Of a stretch of DNA of 54,086 nucleotides, positions 17,942 through 27,000 are shown one piece after another. The number at the start of each line of letters is the position of its first letter. Within the stretch, counting starts at the first letter, position 1. Where the stretch lies: assembly GCA_015521295.1 (NCBI GenBank), contig WAOL01000090.1, positions 1 through 54,086 of the forward strand, written 5' to 3'. A program made the position numbers and the translations under genes. The notes under the pieces are model-generated. The model saw only the letters and a program-made list of their open reading frames with translations. It did no database searches and was not told where the DNA came from. This DNA is from Desulfurococcales archaeon (GTDB taxonomy: Archaea; Thermoproteota; Thermoprotei_A; Sulfolobales; NBVN01).

Positions 17942-18908
17942 CATCTTTCAGTGCCTCACGCACCATGGGCCCGGCAGGTGAGCCCAGAACCCTTTCTGTT
18001 AACCTGCAGAAGCCGCATACGTCACTCCTTGATGGGAGGCCGCAATACTTGCACCGAGTTAATTCAGCTTGAGTTCGTGCCTGACTAACGCCGTACCTTG
18101 TTGCCATCCTAGCCAGTGACCTCATGAACCTTAACTTAACGCCGGGGTGCCTTAAGTCAAGCTCGTAGAGGAACCTCCTGATTAACGCGTCCATACCGCC
18201 TAAGAACACGTTGGGGCATAATGTCTTAACGAAGGGCAGGCCTTTAATGATTGCGTAGATCAGGCACTCGCGTTCTGTGACTTCGTAGAGGGGCCTCACC
18301 CTCCTAGCTAAGTACCCCTCCTCGCCAGTCGTTACCGGGGCTAGTTTTAGTGCCGCGCCCATATCTCCTAATAATATGTTCTTGAGCGCGTAGGGGGCGA
18401 GGTCGTCTATGTGATGACCCGTCGCGACGGCATCCACGCCCCACTCTATTGCGGCGGCGTTAAGCACGTACCTCTTAACGAGCCCGCACACAGCGCATGG
18501 AGGTCTGCTTGACTTGGCTGAGAGTTCAGGAATTGTCGCACCCACTACCTCCTCCAGGCTTAGGATGAAGGTATTCACGCCAAGCTTTCTCGAGACTTCC
18601 TTAGTAACCCTTAAGCTTTCGTCGCTGTACTCGCCGAGACCTAAGTGTATGTGTAGAGGCATGACCTTAAGCCTCAGTTCAGGAGCAACCGCAGTTAATG
18701 CTGAGAGGAGGGCTACCGAGTCCTTGCCGCCGGAGACCGCCACTAATACGCTCTCACCCTCCTTAAGTAAGTCGTACTTCTTTACTGTAGTGGCTACCCT
18801 TCCCTCAAAGTACTCTATGAAGTGCATCTCGCAGAGATTCATCCTAGCGTAAGGTATCTTAATCACCGCTTTAGACCCACACTTACTGCACTTAGCCACC
18901 GTGCTCAC
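17922..18908 (-). CDS. ttuA: tRNA 2-thiolation PP-loop ATPase (TtuA/NcsA-like)
   Basis: N-terminal CSKCGSKAV...LCEMHF zinc finger, PP-loop VAVSGGKDS, central CAVCG, C-terminal CKYCG...CGFC. The track ORF runs to 19031 but that part overlaps the ThiS-like gene. A GTG at 18906-18908, one nt after the ThiS-like stop, is the more plausible start (or the ATG at 18953). Confidence 0.8.
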   Translation of the reverse strand: MSTVAKCSKCGSKAVIKIPYARMNLCEMHFIEYFEGRVATTVKKYDLLKEGESVLVAVSGGKDSVALLSALTAVAPELRLKVMPLHIHLGLGEYSDESLRVTKEVSRKLGVNTFILSLEEVVGATIPELSAKSSRPPCAVCGLVKRYVLNAAAIEWGVDAVATGHHIDDLAPYALKNILLGDMGAALKLAPVTTGEEGYLARRVRPLYEVTERECLIYAIIKGLPFVKTLCPNVFLGGMDALIRRFLYELDLRHPGVKLRFMRSLARMATRYGVSQARTQAELTRCKYCGLPSRSDVCGFCRLTERVLGSPAGPMVREALKDVRASSH

Positions 18909-18909
18909 C

Positions 18910-19122
18910 TCACCCAGCCGACCTAACCTCGTAAACCTCGACCTCATCACCATCCGCAACCACGTCGTCCTCCGTGAGGGGCCTCCCGCCCTTAACAACC
19001 ACCACCTCGTAAACCCCGTAGCCGAGTTCACGTAAGAGCGTCATTACCCTTACGACTTTACGGCCGGGTTTCTCGATAGTCACTTCCCTCTTGGTAGGGT
19101 GTATCTTGACGCGGACAATCAA
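18910..19122 (-). CDS. ThiS/MoaD/TtuB-like ubiquitin-fold sulfur-carrier protein (C-terminus ...VRSAG)
   Basis: A 70-aa protein with a beta-grasp-like pattern (MIVRVKI...VVVVKGGRPLTEDDVVADGDEVEVYEV). It sits immediately upstream of ttuA. Confidence 0.65.
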   Translation of the reverse strand: MIVRVKIHPTKREVTIEKPGRKVVRVMTLLRELGYGVYEVVVVKGGRPLTEDDVVADGDEVEVYEVRSAG

Positions 19123-19129
19123 TAGGGCT

Positions 19130-19939
19130 TCACCACATTGAAACAGTCCTTATGCCCCTCCTCAGTAACCTCTTTAGTTGAACCCTAAATAACGCGTACG
19201 CTACCAGGAGGAAAACCAGTGAGTAAGCCACGCCAATCACCTCCGTCTCCCACAGCGGGAGCACCGTGTTCGATACCCCTAAGGAGTACCTGATTAGCTC
19301 CGCTGGGTAGCTGAAGGGCGTCGCTAGTGCTAGGGTCTGGAGGGCTTTAGGCATGTAGCTCAGTGGCACTAAGCCCCCGGTAGCTATCGGGAGTATGAAG
19401 CCCACTAACTCAAGCACAGGTCCCGCCGACCCAACGCCTATCGTGGTTGCCCCTAATAGCATGGCGTAAGCGAGTAGCACCACGACCATCGTTAGTACTG
19501 CGATGAGCAGCGTTACCGGGTCTGCCACCGAGAGGGCGGGCGGTCCCAAGAACGCCGTGAGCAGCAAGGCCGACGCGCCCACCGAGACGGAGTACCAGAG
19601 TAGCGAGACCGGTATCACTCCCGCATATAGCAGGAATACGCTACTACCGCTGACGATCACGTGCTCCAGCACGCCGTGAAACATTAACCACCTGAGCTCC
19701 CACGCCCAGTCCCACGTGGCTACCGAGTAAGCTATGAATATCACGACAGCAGTCAGCGCTAAACCCGAGATACGCTCAGGCGGCACGCCCGGCGGCCTGA
19801 AAAGCAGGAGCGGCGCTACGAACAGCGACAACCACACACTGAGCGATAATATCCCTATGACTAACCCATGACTCCTGATGAGTTCCGCCTTGAGGTACGC
19901 TAGGAACACCTGCTTAACTGCCTCGAGCCTCCCCATCAC
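19130..19939 (-). CDS. ABC-2 type transporter permease
   Basis: A 269-aa protein with six hydrophobic segments. It overlaps the preceding permease by 4 nt, downstream of the ABC ATPase. Confidence 0.65.
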   Translation of the reverse strand: MMGRLEAVKQVFLAYLKAELIRSHGLVIGILSLSVWLSLFVAPLLLFRPPGVPPERISGLALTAVVIFIAYSVATWDWAWELRWLMFHGVLEHVIVSGSSVFLLYAGVIPVSLLWYSVSVGASALLLTAFLGPPALSVADPVTLLIAVLTMVVVLLAYAMLLGATTIGVGSAGPVLELVGFILPIATGGLVPLSYMPKALQTLALATPFSYPAELIRYSLGVSNTVLPLWETEVIGVAYSLVFLLVAYALFRVQLKRLLRRGIRTVSMW

Positions 19940-20757
19940 GTAGTCACCCCCGACTCAAGCTTCCTCCTCTCCCACGTCAGCACTGCGTACCTCCCGAGGG
20001 GTGCATAGAGCACCGCTAGCGCCGCGCCGACCCCCAGAAGCATTAGGGCGGTCGAGGCCTCCGCGCTCAAGCCATTCGCGAGCATTAGTTGAATCGCCGC
20101 AACAGGGTGTGATGGTGGGAGAACCCATGAGAGTATGCGTGCACCTAGGGGCATTAGGTAGCGCGGGTAGAAAGCGCCGAGGAGGATCATGAGTAGGGGC
20201 CTAAGGACATTCAGCACCCTCCACGACTCTCCTGACATGCTGTAGATGGCGCCCATGATCAGCATCGCCAACGTGGAGAAGAAGAGCCCGCCAGCCGCAG
20301 CCATACCAATCACTATTAGAGCCATCACCACGCCCTCAACCCCACGATAGTAAGTCAGTACTGGAAGCACCGTCGCGGCACCCGTGGTTAGCGTTATTGT
20401 TAGCCTAGGTAGCGGCATTGACACGTAGAGGGCTATCCTTGATACTGGCGACGATATTATGTAGGGTAACGTCCCCATGTTCTCGTCGTAGATTGGGCGC
20501 CAGAGGATGTCGTCGGTCACGCTTAATACAGCTATTATGACGAAGGAAGCAACTATGAAGAATTCAACAGGATCCACGCCAACCCTAGAGATAAAGACCT
20601 GCGTGGACCCCATTGCCGAACCTAGTAGGAGGACGAAGAACGTGAACATGTATGGATAAATAACTATGAGTAGGAGGAGGGACTTCCTGCGGAAGACGTC
20701 GCCGTACACGAACATGAACTCTGCCTTAAGTAGCTCGATGAACTCACTGAGCTTCAT
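19936..20757 (-). CDS. ABC-2 type transporter permease
   Basis: Six hydrophobic segments. The ATG at 20755-20757 (MKLSEFIELL) is preferred over the TTG at 20793 that the track uses. Confidence 0.65.
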   Translation of the reverse strand: MKLSEFIELLKAEFMFVYGDVFRRKSLLLLIVIYPYMFTFFVLLLGSAMGSTQVFISRVGVDPVEFFIVASFVIIAVLSVTDDILWRPIYDENMGTLPYIISSPVSRIALYVSMPLPRLTITLTTGAATVLPVLTYYRGVEGVVMALIVIGMAAAGGLFFSTLAMLIMGAIYSMSGESWRVLNVLRPLLMILLGAFYPRYLMPLGARILSWVLPPSHPVAAIQLMLANGLSAEASTALMLLGVGAALAVLYAPLGRYAVLTWERRKLESGVTT

Positions 20758-21769
20758 CACCGCCACCCGTGAAGTAAATGAATACGTCCTCAAGCGTTGG
20801 TTCCTCTACCCTGAACCTCAGTATCTCCAGTCCCGCCGACGTGATCGCCTTGATAACCTCGTCAACCACATTTTCGAGCTTACTTAACTTAGCCTTAATT
20901 TCGAGAATTGATGGTTCAACCTCCTTGACCTCAGGCTTAACTCCTATGATGGACTCCATTACTTTCTGAACGTTAGTTACTGTGGTTCCGTCACCCCTTA
21001 CTGTGAGGGTAAGTAGGCGTAGCCCCGGTATCTTAGCTTTAAGCTCGTCTGGCCGCCCCTCCGCCACAATCCTGCCCTTACTTATGAGTAGTATTTTGTC
21101 GCAGACTAGCTCCGCCTCAAACATGTTGTGCGTTGTGTACAGTATGGCCTTACCTTCCTTATGCGCTAGGTCAGCTACTAACTCCCTTATCCTCCTAGCC
21201 GTCGGTGGGTCCAGCCCTAAGGTCGGCTCGTCGAGGAGCAGAACGGGAGGGTCCTTGAGTAGGGCCCTGGCTAGGGCTAGCCTAGCCTTCATGCCTAGGG
21301 AGTATTCCTCGAATAACCTATCCTCAGCCCCCATCGCTTTAAGCCCTAGAAGATCCATTAACTCGTCAACACGCTTCCTTAGCTTCTCACCCTCCATGCC
21401 GTAAAGGGCGCCAAAGTACAGCAGGTTTTCCTTACCAGTTAATTTGCCGTAGAACCCTTTCTCCACGCTCAGCATTATCCCTATCCTCCTCCTGACTTCC
21501 TTAGCCTGCTTAACTACGTCGAAGCCCTCCACCAGCACCATACCGCTGTCGGGAAGGAGTAACGTTGATATAATCTTGACAGTAGTGGTTTTCCCGGCCC
21601 CGTTAGGGCCCAGTAAACCCACTACCTCACCATGCTTGACGTTAAAGGAGACACCCTTCAGAGCCTCAACGGCTTGCTTCTCGGACCTAAACAATCCTTT
21701 CTTGCTACTCGTCCAGTAAGTTTTCCTTAGTTCCCTCACCACTATTGCTGAGTCTGGACGTCGTGACAA
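20744..21769 (-). CDS. ABC transporter ATP-binding protein (ABC-2/CcmA-like exporter type) with C-terminal extension
   Basis: Walker A GLLGPNGAGKTT, signature YSLGMKARLALARAL, Walker B LLLDEPTLGLD, H-loop TTHNM. Confidence 0.9.
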   Translation of the reverse strand: MSRRPDSAIVVRELRKTYWTSSKKGLFRSEKQAVEALKGVSFNVKHGEVVGLLGPNGAGKTTTVKIISTLLLPDSGMVLVEGFDVVKQAKEVRRRIGIMLSVEKGFYGKLTGKENLLYFGALYGMEGEKLRKRVDELMDLLGLKAMGAEDRLFEEYSLGMKARLALARALLKDPPVLLLDEPTLGLDPPTARRIRELVADLAHKEGKAILYTTHNMFEAELVCDKILLISKGRIVAEGRPDELKAKIPGLRLLTLTVRGDGTTVTNVQKVMESIIGVKPEVKEVEPSILEIKAKLSKLENVVDEVIKAITSAGLEILRFRVEEPTLEDVFIYFTGGGDEAQ

Positions 21770-22124
21770 CGTTAATCACGCTCCCGTCCTCCGCGACCGG
21801 TTTTCCTCTCCCTTCTACAACCTATAAACGTTAGAGCCTCAGGCCCTCCCGTGAAGTCTAAGGCGCCGAGGTTAGGTCGGAAGCCCCATATGCTTGGTAT
21901 TCGTTCCTTCCTCATGTTCTCTCACCCATGTAAGTTATGGCGTGTTCAGGGTTATCCTCGTTAATTCGCTGTGGTGGTCAGAAGGTGAGCAACAGTTTCT
22001 AAATTAAGTTGAAGCGACTTAAGGCACTGACCAGCAATAAGGACGAATACGTATACCTACCCTTGGCTTCAACAGGGGATTCGCTTCTTACTCAAGCTGC
22101 CTGCATTACAGGAATCCACCGGCT

Positions 22125-22796
22125 TTACACATGCATCACCGCTATTGACCTGATCACGTCAGCGGAGTTCTCGCATTCGTCAGAGCTATTCTCTAGCTCA
22201 TCGACTAACTCCTTGGTTATGATGCATACTGACACCTTACCTACCTTGTCGCAGAACCCCAACGCCTCCTTCATTCCCTCCATGCGAATGTCATCTATGG
22301 ACTCCTCTATGCGTTCGACCTCATCGGCTAGGCGGAGAGCTTCCTTAGGGTCGCTCCTTACTATCTCTACGGCCTTAAGCAGTAGTGTTGAGGCTTCTTT
22401 CACACCTGAAGCCATCTTCACCAGTATTTCCCTAATGCTCTCTGGCACTGTGTTAGGGTCTACTAGCGTGGCCCGCTTCCCTGCCGCTTTAAGGTACGCC
22501 GCTATGTCGTCATTTATTAGCACTAGCCTTATCAGCTCCTCCCTATCTATAGGGTGTAGGTAGCCCTCACTAAGTTCCCTTATGACCTCACGCTTGTAGT
22601 CGTCTGCCTTCTTCTCTAGCTCGTAAGTTTTAGCATAGAATTCAGCGACGCCATTAGCATCACCTTCCCTGAATTTCCTGAAGAGCAGCTCCACAGCCTC
22701 CGCTACTTGCTTGACCGCTTCGAGGTGGTCACGGGCTTTCTTCAGCACTTCCTTCTCAACTCTCCTGCCGAGCCACGACCACGTGGATGCGCACAT
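22125..22796 (-). CDS. DUF47 / PhoU-related putative phosphate transport regulator (COG1392)
   Basis: ELEKKADDYKREVIRELSEGYLHPIDREELIRLVLINDDIAAY fits the DUF47 pattern. It lies directly downstream of a PiT transporter gene, which is the usual pairing. Confidence 0.7.
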   Translation of the reverse strand: MCASTWSWLGRRVEKEVLKKARDHLEAVKQVAEAVELLFRKFREGDANGVAEFYAKTYELEKKADDYKREVIRELSEGYLHPIDREELIRLVLINDDIAAYLKAAGKRATLVDPNTVPESIREILVKMASGVKEASTLLLKAVEIVRSDPKEALRLADEVERIEESIDDIRMEGMKEALGFCDKVGKVSVCIITKELVDELENSSDECENSADVIRSIAVMHV

Positions 22797-22803
22797 CCTA
22801 GTC

Positions 22804-23857
22804 TCACCCCCAAGAAATACCTGTTAGAGAGTACATAATTAGTCGAAACACTATCGCGATACCGGCTGCTGCAGGAACCGTTAGGAGCCACGACAGCATG
22901 ATCTTCAGCATCACGCCCCAATTCACTCCTTTAACTCCGTGTCTAGCCATGCCTACCCCAAGCACTGCTGAGACAGATGCGTGAGTAGTTGATATCGGCA
23001 TGCCGTACCCCCAAAGCATCGTCGGTATGGTAGTATATACCCACACCACGGATGCGTTGGCTATGACTGCCGCTGCAGCCATCGTCATGTCTAGCCTAGT
23101 TATCCTGAACGCTACTGTCCTAATGACGCGTGGTCCAAGCATGAAGCCCCCGAGAGCTATTCCTGCCGCGCCAAGCATCGAGAGACCCACGGCTGTCCTG
23201 TAGTCAAACCCCGTAGCAATTCCTCCAGCCTTCACTACCGCCGCGTAAACCCCCGTGGCGTTACCGACGTCATTAGCTCCAAAGGCGTAAGCAGAGTATG
23301 CGAGGCCAGCGATGAGAAGGGCCCTCAGGAATTTCTCCCTGTGTGCATCGTCCTTAACCCTAGCAAACAAGTACCTAAGAACTACGTAGAGGCTTGCAGC
23401 AAGCAACGCCGCCCCTATAGGGGAGGTTATCCAGCTTAACACTACCTTAACTAACACACCATAATTTATTCCCGTGTACCCCTTCATTAAGCACCTAGCT
23501 AACGCGATCCCAAGCACAGCGCCGACGGACGAATGAGTCGTTGATATTGGTAACCCTTTCCACGACGACATTATTATCCAGAAGGCGGTCGCCATCGACG
23601 CTGCTAGTGCATCGCACACGGTCTCGATCTCCGCTATGCCCCCACCAAACGTCTTAATCACCATCCAGCCCTGAATCACGGATCCCAAGAAAGCGAATGC
23701 TGAGAATAAGGCAACAGCCTTCTTGACGCTCAGAGCTCCTCCACCGACAGCCGTTGATGTGGGGTTAGCCGCATCATTTGAGCCTATGGACCAAGCTACA
23801 TAGAACGCTAACGCGAGCCCTAATAGGACTAAAGGCCCTACCGTCGTAGCCCAACAT
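22804..23857 (-). CDS. PiT-family inorganic phosphate transporter; 5' end unresolved (possible frameshift or non-canonical start)
   Basis: PiT signature GSNDAAN is encoded at 23764-23784, and a second copy GANDVGNATG lies mid-protein. The frame is open up to 23883, but the first in-frame ATG/GTG/TTG is at 23688, downstream of the first signature. The ATG at 23855-23857 is one nt out of frame. Confidence 0.75.
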
Positions 23858-24016
23858 TTTTTCGAAAAATCAATTATTAAACATTAAAGTTCGTAGAAAT
23901 GATAAAGGAACATACTTCAGCTTACTTTAAAAATTAATTAAAGAATATCAATTATCCCATAATTGACTATTTACTTATTTAGGTCAGCATCCATTCAATC
24001 ACTAGGTAATGACGTA

Positions 24017-27000
24017 ATGCCATTAGCACGGTGTACTCGCAGAAAGGCGTTAGTGCCTGTCGCTGCAATCACATTGATCCTCCTCCTATCTTTTATCACG
24101 CCCAGCGTAGCGCCTAGCTTGAGGCAACGTGATAACCCTATTAACTACGCGTTAGCTAGGAATGGATTCATTGGGCTACCCGCAATTGCCCCACTACCTA
24201 CGCTAGTACCTGCGCCCACCGCTACTGGGTTTATTGGCAACATGTCAGCAGTTGTGACAATATCCGATCAGTCCCCTCCGCCCATACCTAAGTCTGTCAG
24301 TTATCCTGGGGGCCCTGGGACTATCTTGATCCTACCTCAAAGTACCCTAACCCCGCAGTATTTGAAGTCCCTAGGCACGAGGTTTGAGTACGTTGTAGTT
24401 ACTTCATCCGCATTACTGCAGAGCGTCATTCCCCTAGCGGCGATCCATGCCGCTGAAGGTATGAACGTGCTGGTAACTACTATGGACTGGATTAAAGCTC
24501 ACTTCCCGGCGAAAAAGCCTTGCGATAGCTTGAGGGACTTCGCGCGATTCGCTCACTACGGGTTGGGGGCAGTGTACCTACTCCTTGCCGGGGATGTGGA
24601 CGTTGTCCCCACTGCTTACTGGTATTCAGAGGACCTTTTCTTGGAGGCTGGTGAGGACGCGTATAAGGCGACTGACCAGTACTACGCTTTCCTAGACGGT
24701 AACTGGGACCCTAACGGGAACGGTAAGCTTCTCGAGACCCTAGACACTAATGGTGACAACATACCTGATGAGAACCTCGAGCCCTTACCTGACTCCGTGC
24801 CCGATCTATACGTCGGCAGGTTACCAGCATCAACGCCCTCGCAGATGAAGGCATTAGTCAATGACATAATATCATACCTGACTAACCCACCGCCTGGGAA
24901 CTGGGTTAAGAAGGCAATCTTAGTCGCTACAATAGCGAACTTCAGGAACGAGTCCGGAGCCAACGTACCTAAGGTCGACTTAGCTCAGGTCGCACAGTAT
25001 GTGTACAGACTCCTCCTACCTTACAACTACACAGTTATTCGGGTGTACCAAGACAAAGGCTTGGAGGCTACGACATACCCTCACGAGGTTAGCTTAACTC
25101 ACTCTAATGTCGTGAAGTTGCTCTCTGAAGGTAGTGGTCTGCTCTACTCTGCAGCACACGGCATACCGTTGGCTCAGGGCATGAAGGTATGGCTTAACGA
25201 CACTAATGGTAACGGCATACCCGACAGAAATGAGATCGCATTCAGGTATTTCCTCCAGGTCTGGGATCCTGTGGACAATCACGGAAGGAAATTCCTCGCG
25301 TACCTAGAGAGTTGCTTGACAGGGTACTACGACTTCAGCCAAGATTCCTTAGCAGAGTATTTACTTAGGCACTCAGCCATAGCTGTCGTAGCCTCAAGTA
25401 GGGTCTCGTACTACCAAGTCCCGTGGCCCGGACCTGGTGGGTGGCTCGATCAGGAGCTAGCGTACCTGTTCTGGAAGGAATTAACGAGCAATGCTGACTG
25501 GAAGCCGGGACCGGCTCTTGAACTCAGCAAGTATGAATATATCAAGGAGCATGGCGGTAACGCATCTGCAATGAAGTTCATGAGCAAGAAGGACCTCCTA
25601 GACTACAACCTCCTAGGGGACCCAGCAATAACGGTGTGGGTGGGCGAGCCGCTGAGGTTAAACATGACGTATGGGGGGTTAAGGGCGGGTACGTCTAATA
25701 AAATCATTGTTCAGGACGCGGCAGGTAGGCCGGTAGCTAAAGTCCTCGTAGCAATGTACAACGCGTTCACCGGTAACTTACTCGCGTACAGCTACACGGA
25801 CTCCTCAGGAGTCGCTACCCTCAACATACCGCCCATCCAACACAATACTAAGGTATACATAGTCGCCCGTAAGGACGGATACACCTACGTCTTCAGAACA
25901 GCTTATGTGGCATATATTGGCGCTCCACCAGTCATTAACCTGAACTCACCTAACAACGGAACAATCTACGGCGCGGTAGTCCCCGTACTCGCTCACATAG
26001 TGGATCCTGACGGTAACGTAACCGAGGTTAATGTCACGATTAAGGGTCCCGGCCTAAACCTCACTAAGTCGTACGCACCACGTAAAGCCGAATTCACGGT
26101 AAACTTCACGGTCAGGATCAGCGAGAGTGGTGCCTACACAGTCACGGTGAGTGCTGTAGATAATGACGGTAACCGCGTAGCGGTTAAGAGGGTGTTCTTA
26201 GTTGACGTCACGCCCCCAACCATTACTGTGGAGGGCATCCGTAACTCCTCTATCACGAGCAAAGCTGGGGGCGTGATCCGCATCAGGGTTGAGGACACGA
26301 GCGGTGTGAAATATGTTGAGGTAACTCTCGACGGAAAGGTGATTGCTAGGGAGTGGAACCTAAGCAAAAGCACTACGTTTAACGTCACGATCCCCTCGAA
26401 TGAGGGGCCGCACGCGCTACTGATTGTGGCGGAAGACAATGCCCGTAACGTAGCTCATGAAGTGATACTGTTCTACGTTGATTTAACCCCACCAACTATA
26501 GGTGCGTATCCGGCCATAAACAACTCAGTAGTCAACCAGCACGTAGTGAAGAGTCTAATCATTACATGTAATGATAATTATAGGGTTGCGTACGTCACAG
26601 TGTACGTTGACGGTAAGCTCTCACTAAACGTTTCAAGGTACGAGCTGAAGAGCGTTAACCTAAGCGAGTTAAGTGACGGTCAGCACAACATAACAATCAT
26701 GGCCTTCGACGCCGCCGGGAACAGCAAGCGCGTCACCCTACTCTTCTACGCGGACTCCACCCCACCCTCGGTAAGGTTGGCGGGGATCACGTCAGGAGCG
26801 TATATCAACAAGTCCTCACTCGCACTGCAGACCATAATACATGATAACATCGGGTTGAAGTACGTCAAGATACTCCTCAACGGGAAAAACATACTCGAGA
26901 GGACCTTCACTAAAGGCAACATCTCCGCATACCGCGAGGCACTTCACGGCACGACGAACGTAGATCTCAAGCTAACGTTAAGCCTCAGTGACGGTCACTA

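Noticed and set aside
18909-19031. N-terminal 41 codons of the track's 369-aa TtuA ORF (MNSATGFTRWWLLRAGGPSRRTTWLRMVMRSRFTRLGRLGE).
   Set aside because: This stretch overlaps the ThiS-like gene in another frame and has an Arg/Trp-rich, non-protein-like composition. The TtuA family core starts at the CSKCG zinc finger, and a GTG start lies right after the ThiS-like stop.
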